Made by a program: the position numbers and the translations under genes. A stretch of DNA of 64,000 nt from Balneolales bacterium. GTDB taxonomy: Bacteria > Bacteroidota > Rhodothermia > Balneolales > Natronogracilivirgulaceae. This document shows, piece after piece, positions 34,831-43,408 of the stretch. The notes under the pieces were generated by a model. That model saw only the letters and a list, made by a program, of their open reading frames with translations. It did no database searches and was not told the DNA's origin. Position 1 is the stretch's first letter. Every line of letters begins with the position of its first letter. The DNA lies in the NCBI GenBank assembly GCA_040905685.1, contig JBBDRB010000040.1, positions 19,084 to 83,083 on the forward strand, given 5' to 3'.

Positions 34831-35603
34831 CTTCTGAAACAGCAAATAAAACGGATCAAGGTAACAGCGTGAAGGATATTCTTCAGAACCTGGCGAACCT
34901 GCAGTTTATCGATTCCCGGATCGATGAGCTTACACGGCTTAGAGGTGATTTGCCTGAAGATATTCTCGATGTGGAAACCGACCTGGCCAGGCTTGATGCC
35001 CGGGTCAACAGGATCAAAGCCGAGCAAAAAGAGCTAAAACTGGAGAGTGCTCAGCTTGAAACGGAAATAAAAGATTCTGAAGCCCTGGTAAAAAAATATG
35101 AAGATCAGCAGCTGACGGTTCGGAATAATCGGGAATATGATGCCCTCACCAAGGAAGTGGAAGCTCAGAATCAAGCAGTGGAAAATGCAAAAACCCGGAT
35201 TGAGGAAATTAAGCTCCTCGCCGAGGAACTGGAGAAAAGCCTGGTGGAAAATGAGCAAAAGCAGTCGGCAACTCAGGCTGAGCTTAAGGAAATGAAGGAT
35301 AACCTGGACAAAGTTGTGGAAAGCACGAAAAGCGAAGAAAAAGCTTTATTGAAAAAAAGAGATAAGGCGGCTAAGGAAATATCTCCGCGTTATCTGAAAA
35401 GCTATGAACGGCTTAGAAAAGGACTCAACAACAACATCGCTGTGGTAGCCATGGAAAAGGGATCCAGCATGGGCATGATGCTTCCCCCTCAGGTCCAGGT
35501 TGACGTCCGGCGTATGAACAAGATCGTGATCGATGAAAACAGCGGCCGTATCGTGGTCGATCCCGAATTTTTCAAGGAAGCCAAAAAATCGTTTAGTTCA
35601 TAA
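34827..35603 (+). CDS. DUF164-like coiled-coil protein (zinc-ribbon family, but Cys-less here)
   Basis: Its stop/start overlaps nif3 (ATGA), which is the usual Nif3 partner arrangement. It has a long coiled-coil (REYDALTKE) and a C-terminal ..MLPPQ.. motif in which all four expected Cys are absent. Confidence 0.75.
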   Translation: MTSETANKTDQGNSVKDILQNLANLQFIDSRIDELTRLRGDLPEDILDVETDLARLDARVNRIKAEQKELKLESAQLETEIKDSEALVKKYEDQQLTVRNNREYDALTKEVEAQNQAVENAKTRIEEIKLLAEELEKSLVENEQKQSATQAELKEMKDNLDKVVESTKSEEKALLKKRDKAAKEISPRYLKSYERLRKGLNNNIAVVAMEKGSSMGMMLPPQVQVDVRRMNKIVIDENSGRIVVDPEFFKEAKKSFSS

Positions 35604-35660
35604 AGTTCACTTGTTTCTGTATTTTAGCAGAGAAGAAAGTATTAACTTGCTTCGTGTACA

Positions 35661-36020
35661 AAAAGGCAGGGTGTCAGGTAATCGCTCCTTAGGGAGAGGA
35701 AAGTCCGAACACCTACAAGCGCCGTGCTTCCTAACGGGAAGGCTCCGGATGACCGGAGACAGAAAGTGCCGCAGAAAAGATACCGCCTGACTTGTTCAGG
35801 TAAGGGTGAAATGGTGAGGTAAGAGCTCACCGTCCGTTTCGGCGACGAAATGGTGCATGGCAAACCTCACGGGGTGCAAGGTCAAGTAAGGCAGTGTGCG
35901 GCTTGTCACGATACTGCCGGGTAGACCGCAAAAGTTCATCGGTGACGGTGAACGCAGATAAATGATTACCATCCCGTCTGACGGGACACAAAATTCGGCT
36001 TACAGACGCCCTGCCTTTTT
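35661..36020 (+). ncRNA. rnpB: RNase P RNA, bacterial type A
   Basis: Universally conserved P4 strands are present: gaggaaagtccg (35696-35707) and acaaaattcggcttacag (35987-36004). Also present are agaaagtgccgcagaaaa, ggtaagggtgaaa and ggtaagagctcacc. The P1 pairing is aaaaggcaggg / ccctgccttttt. Ends are approximate, within +/- 5 nt. Confidence 0.92.
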
Positions 36021-36021
36021 A

Positions 36022-36633
36022 TTATTGCTTTTTTGACACACCGTCATACCCGCGCTTGACAGCGTATTCAATAAGCTGCATCCTCAGTAAATTTCGTCCG
36101 CGGTGCAGTCTGGAGCGAATCGTGCCTATGGGGACATCTACCATATTGGCAATCTCCTCATACGTAAAGCCTTCTATATCGCATAGCAGTACAACCGTCC
36201 GGAACTCATCGGGCAACATCGATAGCGCATGGGTAACATCATCGTCGAGTAATTCCCGGTAGAGAATATTTTCCAGATCGGTGGTATCGGTTTGCTCACT
36301 TCGTATCGATTCGTAATATGCGGCTATATCATTGTAATCAACCTGATGGGGTTGTTTGGATTGTTTTCTGTAATTATTTATATAAGAATTTTTAAGGATC
36401 CGGAACAGCCAGGCTTTGGCATTGGTACCTTTTTCATAACTGCTGAAAAACCGAAAAGCCTTGACGATTGTATCCTGAACGAGATCTTCAGCGTCATTTG
36501 GATCCAGCGTCAGCCTTAATGCAAAATTATAAATTGCATCCAAATGCGGAATAATCTCTTCCTTGAAATCATCCTGCTTCTGAACTTCATCCCTTTTTAG
36601 TTCAGCCATCCTGATACCCATATGGAATAGCAT
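36022..36633 (-). CDS. RNA polymerase sigma-70 family ECF sigma factor
   Basis: Region 2 (DAEDLVQDT..KAFR, W...I..N) and region 4 (EG.TYEEIA......GT..SRL.R.R) are present. Alternative Met starts lie at 36621 and 36609. Confidence 0.88.
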   Translation of the reverse strand: MLFHMGIRMAELKRDEVQKQDDFKEEIIPHLDAIYNFALRLTLDPNDAEDLVQDTIVKAFRFFSSYEKGTNAKAWLFRILKNSYINNYRKQSKQPHQVDYNDIAAYYESIRSEQTDTTDLENILYRELLDDDVTHALSMLPDEFRTVVLLCDIEGFTYEEIANMVDVPIGTIRSRLHRGRNLLRMQLIEYAVKRGYDGVSKKQ

Positions 36634-36827
36634 TTAGTGATTCAGTAGGATACTGCAGTTGACGTCAGCAGTAACACTCAGTTAATAAAGGCGCCTCTCC
36701 AAGGCTTACACTTAAAGATAGGTATATCTGATAGAAGTGCTAATTAATATCATCATATAAACACAAAAACCTGTAAACTCATTCACTTTCTGTAATCTAT
36801 TTTCCCGATTCTTCCAAATAATTCCAT

Positions 36828-37526
36828 TCAGCTCTGGACCCATAGCATAAGGTTATATAGCGAATGAGTCCAGGCGGCAATGCCAAAGCCACGGTAGATG
36901 AAAATCAGATTAAGAGCCACTCCGAATAAAAAACGAAATATAAAGGAGCCGATGGTAAAAACATCCCCCATGGTTCCCACATAATGGGCTGCGCTGAACA
37001 CCACGGCTCCAATGATCACAGCACTGCCGTGTTTTACCCACCACTTGATCCTCAGCCGGGTGAACAGCCAAAGCAAGCTCCCGACCAGGATGACCCGGAA
37101 GACCAGTTCCTCGTACAGGCCCGATCCCAGCGAGAGGGTGAATTGCTGCAAGCGGGTGGCCGCAAAACCGGGTTCCTGTACATAGGCAAAAAGCCACATA
37201 ACAAAGCCGGATATAAGCATGGCCAGGAACACGGCATAGATCAGGGCTTCAAGGATCATGGCCAGGAAATGCCTGGGTTTAAGAGCCAAAGACCGGTGCC
37301 GCTCCCGGTAAAAAACAACCAATCCTAAAACCAGGGCAACCAGCAGGGTTATCACAATGGTATTCTGTCCGCTTACTGCAAAAATGGATTTAATCCAGAT
37401 ATCCGTACTTAACCGCACGGCCGTGGCGGGATGGGAGATCAGGATAAGGACTTCATAAACCAGAAGCAGGGGCATGCTGATCAGGTAGCTGTAGGTTAAG
37501 CTCCTGCTTTTATCAAAATAAGGCAT
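36828..37526 (-). CDS. CPBP-family intramembrane glutamic endopeptidase (CAAX protease/Abi)
   Basis: Multi-TM protein with the EELVFR motif and FSAAH.. Confidence 0.82.
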   Translation of the reverse strand: MPYFDKSRSLTYSYLISMPLLLVYEVLILISHPATAVRLSTDIWIKSIFAVSGQNTIVITLLVALVLGLVVFYRERHRSLALKPRHFLAMILEALIYAVFLAMLISGFVMWLFAYVQEPGFAATRLQQFTLSLGSGLYEELVFRVILVGSLLWLFTRLRIKWWVKHGSAVIIGAVVFSAAHYVGTMGDVFTIGSFIFRFLFGVALNLIFIYRGFGIAAWTHSLYNLMLWVQS

Positions 37527-37531
37527 TACGA

Positions 37532-38707
37532 CTATTCAGGGAGTTCCTCATAAATCCTGGCAGCCAGCGGTTCGTTTCCTTCATAACCCAGGGCCGTGAA
37601 GGCCGAAGAGGAGAGCTTAAGGAAGTTGCCCGTCACCCGGTCGTTTATCTGCACGAAGATACCTTTTCCATTGGCAGGATTTTCGATATAGATTACCTTG
37701 CCAAGGCGTAAGGATGAATGGGCCGCCGTCAGATTTCCAGGGTTATACAGATCCCCGCTGGTGGTGGAGTTCCCCTGATGCTGGGGATCGTAAACGGTAA
37801 CGGAAATATCACCGGCCGTCTCCAGATTTGATTTTACCCGGTAGGGATTCTTTTTATCTGAGGCGGCCGGCTTTAACACATAGACCTCATCCCCGGCTTT
37901 TATATCATTAATATCTGTTTGCGGGTTCAGGCGGATAAATTCTTCTTCATCCATCCGGTGGCTGTTCAGCAGCCCTTCCACCGTTTCATGGTCTCCGAGG
38001 GCATGGACTGCAAACGTGCCCATAGGGGCAGAAGCGTCCACATGAACAGGTTGAGGCGGTGTATCGGCCCTGCCGGCCGATACATCCGGCCTGCTGGCAT
38101 TAACAATAAGCCTTTGTCCTATATCAAGCTGGGTATTGCGCAAATTATTCAGGCTTTGCAGTTCAGCCACACTCATTTCATACTGCCGTGAAATTCTGTA
38201 CAACGTTTCCCCCGGGGCCACCTCATGGTAATCCTGTGAGGGCCGGGTGGGGGGGGTGGCCCCGTTGCCTGATTCGGGCGCGGATTCCGGAGAACGGCCG
38301 CCGGAAGCCGTATCCCCGCTGACAATCAGGGTCTGGCCTACCGCCAGATTGTCACCGCTCAGGTTATTCAGCTGCCTTAAGGCATTAACGTCAATTTCGA
38401 ATTTCCTGGAAATGCTAAACAGGGTTTCTCCGGGTTCTACCACATGGTTATCTCCTGTCCGGAAAGAGGAGTCGGGATTTGACACGATCAAAACCTGACC
38501 AACGGAGATACCATTGCCTCTCATGGCATTCCAGTTTTTAATATCGTCAACGTTCACGTTGTATATCCGGGAAATGCCAAAGAGGGTCTCGCCGGAGCTC
38601 ACCGTATGTTTTTCCTGGGCATGAACTGTATTCACCGTGGCCAGGGAAAAAGTTAAAAAAAACAGCGATATAAGGATTGTTCTGACAGCCGGGGTAAAAT
38701 ATAACAT
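37532..38707 (-). CDS. secreted LysM-repeat protein with RlpA-like double-psi beta-barrel C-terminal domain
   Basis: Signal peptide. Three clear LysM repeats (H.V..GETL..ISR......L...N.L.....GQ.LIV) and one degenerate repeat. The C-terminus (TSGDLYNPGNLTAAHSSLRLGKVIYIEN..NGKGIFVQINDR) resembles RlpA. Confidence 0.8.
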   Translation of the reverse strand: MLYFTPAVRTILISLFFLTFSLATVNTVHAQEKHTVSSGETLFGISRIYNVNVDDIKNWNAMRGNGISVGQVLIVSNPDSSFRTGDNHVVEPGETLFSISRKFEIDVNALRQLNNLSGDNLAVGQTLIVSGDTASGGRSPESAPESGNGATPPTRPSQDYHEVAPGETLYRISRQYEMSVAELQSLNNLRNTQLDIGQRLIVNASRPDVSAGRADTPPQPVHVDASAPMGTFAVHALGDHETVEGLLNSHRMDEEEFIRLNPQTDINDIKAGDEVYVLKPAASDKKNPYRVKSNLETAGDISVTVYDPQHQGNSTTSGDLYNPGNLTAAHSSLRLGKVIYIENPANGKGIFVQINDRVTGNFLKLSSSAFTALGYEGNEPLAARIYEELPE

Positions 38708-38712
38708 GAGTT

Positions 38713-39084
38713 TTAATCGTCTGATTCAAGTTCCAGTAGTGCCATCCGCAATTCGGATGCCGCATGATCATCGCCTTCTTTTTCCGCAACTTCGATACCT
38801 TTGTTGTAGATAATCAGGGCGTTACCCCCTTCATCATATTTCTCGTAAAGCTTTCCCAAATGGTAATAAAGTCCGGTATAACCCGGATCGTTCTTCAATA
38901 GATCTTCAAACAGGGATCTGGCTTTATCAAGCTCTGAAATATTCACAAACTCCAGGGCTAAAGCAAATTTTGAGAAAGAATCATGGGGATCGTCCGCTAA
39001 AAATTCCTGTAATTTCCGGATTCGCTGTTCATGCATATCAGTCAGTATCTTTTTTTCAGGTTCAGGCTGTATAGCGTTCTTCAA
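38713..39084 (-). CDS. tetratricopeptide-repeat protein
   Basis: 123 aa with a TPR-like helical repeat pattern (A...F...L..DP.Y...YY.LG.LY). The listed start overlaps the aroC 3' end by 23 nt. An alternative Met lies at 39036. Confidence 0.65.
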   Translation of the reverse strand: MKNAIQPEPEKKILTDMHEQRIRKLQEFLADDPHDSFSKFALALEFVNISELDKARSLFEDLLKNDPGYTGLYYHLGKLYEKYDEGGNALIIYNKGIEVAEKEGDDHAASELRMALLELESDD

Positions 39085-40237
39085 TTTCTTCTATGGAATC
39101 TCCGCCGAACTTTTCAAGAAAAGCATTGGCTATTACGGGTGCCAGAATATTTTCAATCACGACTACGGCCCTGGGCAGGGCACAGACATCGGAACGTTCA
39201 TAGCGCGTATCCACGGTTTGTTTCGAATCAATATCTACGGTATCTATGGGGTTTAACATCGTCGGAATAGGCTTCATGGCCCCACGTACAATAATGGGCA
39301 TTCCGGTACTTATCCCCCCCTCAATTCCACCGGCCCGGTTTGTACTGCGGCCATAGGATTTGCCGTCCCAGGTTATCTCATCATGAACTTCATGCCCCCG
39401 GCTTTTTCCCGCTTCGAAGCCAAAGCCTATTTCAACGCCCTTCATGGCCTGTGTGCTCATTATGGCCTGGGCTATCTGCCCCTCAAGCTTTCGGTCCCAT
39501 TGAGAATAACTGCCCAAACCCGGGGGTACGCCGGTAATGACGATCTCATAAATGCCGCCCAGGGAGGTTCCTTCCTTCCGCCGTACCTTGATCTCATCGA
39601 CCATTTGCCGGGAGAGCCCCTCTTTCAGGCAACGCACTTCAGATTTATCGGCCGCCCTGAACAGATTTTCCGCTCCGCTTCCGGAAAGCGGGTCGGCCAG
39701 CTCCCTGACCTCGTCCCACTTGCTGTACCCCACATTTCCAATTTGCAGTACGTGCCCGCCAATCTCCATCCCGAAATGCTTCAAAAAGATCCGGGCTGTA
39801 GCCGTACAGGCCACCCGTATGCCGGTCTCCCGGGCGCTTGATCGCTCAATGACGGGCCGGATGTCATTCAGACGGTATTTCTGTGTTCCCACCAGATCGG
39901 CATGACCGGGCCGGGGTATGGTTATGCGCTCAACATCTTCACCCGTTCCATCGGCGGCCATAACCCTGGGCCAATCCTGTGGATCGTTTTCATAGGCCTT
40001 ATTATGAAGCTTCAGCGTTACCGGGCTGCCCATGGTCTTGCCGAAGCGCACACCGGAGAGAATCTCGGCAACATCTTTCTCGAAAGCCATCCTTCCACCC
40101 CGGCCGTACCCCTTTTGACGCCGTGCAAGATGCAGGGCAATATCTTCCTTTTTGAGGGTGAGTCCGGCAGGCAGACCTTCCACTATGCCTGACAACTCGG
40201 GGCCATGAGATTCACCAGCCGTTAAATAACGTATCAT
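39062..40237 (-). CDS. aroC: chorismate synthase
   Basis: Motifs MIRYLTAGESHG, GRSSARETA-like (ERSSARET), and RSDVCALPRA-type. Confidence 0.95.
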   Translation of the reverse strand: MIRYLTAGESHGPELSGIVEGLPAGLTLKKEDIALHLARRQKGYGRGGRMAFEKDVAEILSGVRFGKTMGSPVTLKLHNKAYENDPQDWPRVMAADGTGEDVERITIPRPGHADLVGTQKYRLNDIRPVIERSSARETGIRVACTATARIFLKHFGMEIGGHVLQIGNVGYSKWDEVRELADPLSGSGAENLFRAADKSEVRCLKEGLSRQMVDEIKVRRKEGTSLGGIYEIVITGVPPGLGSYSQWDRKLEGQIAQAIMSTQAMKGVEIGFGFEAGKSRGHEVHDEITWDGKSYGRSTNRAGGIEGGISTGMPIIVRGAMKPIPTMLNPIDTVDIDSKQTVDTRYERSDVCALPRAVVVIENILAPVIANAFLEKFGGDSIEEIEERYTA

Positions 40238-40246
40238 AATTAATCT

Positions 40247-40543
40247 TTACACTAAGGATTTAAGTTTGGTTAATATCCTGGCGGCCAAAGTGCCGGATTC
40301 CCATACCGGCCAGATGGTTAAAGAAGGAAAGCCTTCATTCAGGTAAGCCGTATTCATCTGTAAATGGGATATATCGGCGTCGGGAAGTGCGACCTTAATA
40401 CGGCCCGGGGCCGGGGCAAGCGCGGAACCGGGAATATTTAACAACCGGCAGGCTGAATTTAATGGACTTTGCGTTTCGGTATTTGCAGCGAAAACAAAGG
40501 CAAAAGATAACAATGGGAGTATTTTTGAATACACGTTCAACAA
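40247..40543 (-). CDS. doubtful ORF: 98-aa protein with signal-peptide-like N-terminus
   Basis: It has only a TTG start. The hydrophobic N-terminus is KILPLLSFAFVFAA, and the ORF ends 10 nt before the aroC start. No family recognised, and its start overlaps a copy of the recurrent AT-box. Confidence 0.25.
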   Translation of the reverse strand: MLNVYSKILPLLSFAFVFAANTETQSPLNSACRLLNIPGSALAPAPGRIKVALPDADISHLQMNTAYLNEGFPSLTIWPVWESGTLAARILTKLKSLV

Positions 40544-40808
40544 AAATAAGGATAAACTCTAAATGGATCACTAAAATATGAAATTCTGACGTTAATAATC
40601 GGAGTGTGATTGCGGGAAATGGGGGCTCCGGTTAAATCCATGGCTGGGCCATAGCTGTTTGCTTTAGTCCGTTTAGCTGAAAGATCATAATTAAATGTTT
40701 AATGATTGTTTGCGAGTTATGTGTATATTTGGAAAACTTTTACCCCGGTCTGAGTAATCTGAAACTTGAATTGCGTTTTGGTCGGATCTGGAAAAAAATA
40801 TTTCGTTA

Positions 40809-41546
40809 ATGCAATTATTTACAGACCTGGGGCGCTATTGCAGGCTGTTGTTTGAAGCCTTGAGATCATCGTCGGAGTTTGGCTCATACCGGAGAAATCT
40901 GATTTCGGAGATGATTAAAACAGGGTATGATTCCCTGCCGATCATTTTACTGGCCGGTTTCTTTACGGGAGCTGTTATGACCGTTCAGACGGCCTATCAG
41001 CTTTTGGCCGGCTTTATTCCCCGCTCCACTATTGGCTCTATTGTATCCCAGTCGCTTCTCATAGAACTGGCTGCCGTCATCAGTGCCCTGGTGCTTGCCG
41101 GCCGTGTGGGGGCACGCATTGCTACCGAACTGGGGACCATGGCCGTTAGCGAGCAAATAGACGCCCTGGAGTCAATGGGATTTAATTCCGTTACGTTTCT
41201 GGTTATACCAAGGATATTCGCCGGATTAATCATGTTTCCCGTTATCTACGTGGCCGCGGCCTCTGCGGGTATAGGAGGCGGGATCCTGGCTGGTTTGGTA
41301 ACGGGAGCCTTGCCGCCGGCGGATTTTCTGATCGGGGCCCGGCAGGTTTTTTTCCCGTGGGATGTAACTTTTGGTCTGATAAAGGCGTTTGTATTTGGTT
41401 ATGTGATCACTTCCATTTCATGCTTCAAGGGATACTATGCGACCGGAGGAGCAGAAGGAGTGGGAAAAGCTACTACCCAGGCCACCGTTTTAAGCTGCAT
41501 CTATGTGCTTCTGGCCGATCTTGTACTGGCCATAATTTTGCTTTAA
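40809..41546 (+). CDS. mlaE: MlaE-family ABC transporter permease
   Basis: 245 aa multi-TM protein with a typical MlaE pattern (SLPIILLAGFFTG.V...Q). An in-frame stop at 40767 limits any upstream extension. Confidence 0.88.
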   Translation: MQLFTDLGRYCRLLFEALRSSSEFGSYRRNLISEMIKTGYDSLPIILLAGFFTGAVMTVQTAYQLLAGFIPRSTIGSIVSQSLLIELAAVISALVLAGRVGARIATELGTMAVSEQIDALESMGFNSVTFLVIPRIFAGLIMFPVIYVAAASAGIGGGILAGLVTGALPPADFLIGARQVFFPWDVTFGLIKAFVFGYVITSISCFKGYYATGGAEGVGKATTQATVLSCIYVLLADLVLAIILL

Positions 41547-41556
41547 CAGCCCGAAT

Positions 41557-42303
41557 ATGATAGAAATTAAACAGTTAACAAAAAGCTTTGACGATAACCT
41601 CATCTGGGAAAACATCAATTTAGTTATTGAGGACGGGGAAACGCTGGCAATTATCGGAAAATCAGGTTCGGGTAAATCCGTCTTAATGAAGCATATCAAC
41701 GCCCTGATGCAACCCGATGCCGGTGAAGTGCTCATAGACGGCCAGAATATTTTTGACATGTCTTATGCGGAACTCAGGAATGTACGGCAGCGGTTTGGCG
41801 TGTTGTTTCAGGGTGCCGCACTATTCGATTCCATAACCGCCTTTGAGAATGTGGCTTTTCCTTTGCGCTACTTTACTGATTATGCAGAGTCTAAGATAAG
41901 GAAGCGTGTTATGGAGAGCCTGGAACAGGTAAACCTTGCCGATATAGGCGATAAAACCACGGCCGCCTTGTCGGGAGGTATGCGAAAAAGGGTCGGATTG
42001 GCCAGGGCCATAGTCTTGCGTCCCGATTATATGCTATATGACGAACCCACTTCCGGACTGGACCCGGAAACTTCTGATGAGATTAATGATTTAATTATTT
42101 TAATGGCAGAAGAACTGGATGTATTGTCTGTGGTGGTTACTCACGATATGCATAGTGTGTTGCGGGTTGCAGATAAAGCAGCCTTTCTGGACGAGCAGAA
42201 ATTAAGTTGGTACGGTACTATCGAAGAAATGGAAATAGACACTCATAAACGATTGAATAATTTTATCACTGCCAGTGAATATCAAATTAGCAAAGCGAGG
42301 TAA
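41557..42303 (+). CDS. mlaF: MlaF-type ABC transporter ATP-binding protein
   Basis: Walker A GKSGSGKS, signature LSGGMRKRV and Walker B MLYDEPTSGLD. Confidence 0.92.
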   Translation: MIEIKQLTKSFDDNLIWENINLVIEDGETLAIIGKSGSGKSVLMKHINALMQPDAGEVLIDGQNIFDMSYAELRNVRQRFGVLFQGAALFDSITAFENVAFPLRYFTDYAESKIRKRVMESLEQVNLADIGDKTTAALSGGMRKRVGLARAIVLRPDYMLYDEPTSGLDPETSDEINDLIILMAEELDVLSVVVTHDMHSVLRVADKAAFLDEQKLSWYGTIEEMEIDTHKRLNNFITASEYQISKAR

Positions 42304-42306
42304 GGT

Positions 42307-43239
42307 TTGAAGAAATTAAGTAACGAAGTTAAGATTGGCCTGACCATAGGGTGCGCCCTTCTTATCGCCATCGTCGGTTTCCGGTTTATGCTGGATTTGC
42401 CGGTATTCCGGCAGACCGATATTTTGCATACGAGGTATGACCGTGTGGATGGCATCAATGTGGGAACCACCATTTTGATGTCCGGCGTCAAGGTGGGTAC
42501 CGTGCGTGAGGTCAATCTGACGGACTCCGATAGTGTGCATGTGGTCCTGAACCTGAGCTATGATAACGGCATACCCGTCGGTTCGGTGGCGTTGATACAG
42601 TCTGTGGATATTATTGGCAACAAGGCCGTTATTATACAAAGGTCCGGCCGGATGGAAAACATAGAAGACGGCGGATATATAGAGGGCCGGTTTGATGAAG
42701 GCTTTATGGGCGAGGTCCGCACCTATGGAGAACGGCTGGGTCCGCAGGTTGTTGAATCCACCGAAAACCTGTCGTCGATTATCCAGGAGCTGGACCGGGT
42801 AATGCGCGGTGGCGGCAGTCAGGATGTGGAGCTGTTTCTGCACCACCTCAGCCAGACAACCCAAAATGCCGACCGCATAGTCCGTGAAAAAGAGCAGGAG
42901 CTTACAACGGCTATACGGTCCCTGCAAAACATACTGGCCAATGTAGATACACTCAGTTCGGGTCGTCAGGAACAGGTAGACAGCCTGCTCACTAATCTGG
43001 AAATAACCGGAAGGGACCTTAACAGGATCACTGACGAGCTTGGCGATGTGAGTTCTGAATTAACCATTGCCATGAAAAAGATCAATAACGGCGAAGGCAG
43101 CCTTGGCCTTATCATCAACGACCCCTCTCTCTATCATAATCTGGACTCCCTGTCGTATAATATGAATAAGCTGATAAAGGAAATAAATGAGAACCCTAAT
43201 CACTTTTTGAAACATATGCGTCTGATCGACCTATTTTAA
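42307..43239 (+). CDS. mlaD: MlaD/MCE-domain protein
   Basis: N-terminal TM followed by an MCE domain (G...G..V...GVKVG.V). It lies immediately downstream of mlaEF. TTG start after AAGG. Confidence 0.85.
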   Translation: MKKLSNEVKIGLTIGCALLIAIVGFRFMLDLPVFRQTDILHTRYDRVDGINVGTTILMSGVKVGTVREVNLTDSDSVHVVLNLSYDNGIPVGSVALIQSVDIIGNKAVIIQRSGRMENIEDGGYIEGRFDEGFMGEVRTYGERLGPQVVESTENLSSIIQELDRVMRGGGSQDVELFLHHLSQTTQNADRIVREKEQELTTAIRSLQNILANVDTLSSGRQEQVDSLLTNLEITGRDLNRITDELGDVSSELTIAMKKINNGEGSLGLIINDPSLYHNLDSLSYNMNKLIKEINENPNHFLKHMRLIDLF

Positions 43240-43408
43240 CGCCCGGTTTCCGGACAGGAAGTTTCACCTGTCTTACACTCAAAAGATATCAGGCTTTGTT
43301 GCGTTACCTGACATTTAGAACGTCGGTTATTTTGCTCTTCGCAGGGAATCGCAGTATCTTCACCAGTTACTTTTTTTTGATTTTATACTACAAGAATAGG
43401 ATATTTTT

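Noticed and set aside
35533-35863. ORFs 35533-35790 (+) and 35642-35863 (-).
   Set aside because: They overlap the RNase P RNA gene, which accounts for this sequence.
42316-42927. 203-aa antisense ORF. Similar long antisense ORFs lie at 27457-28137, 23616-24224, 56094-56657, 54046-54588 and 49782-50318.
   Set aside because: Each lies opposite a confidently assigned gene (mlaD, M1 peptidase, batA, adk, SPFH, SirB1-like). None has family features.
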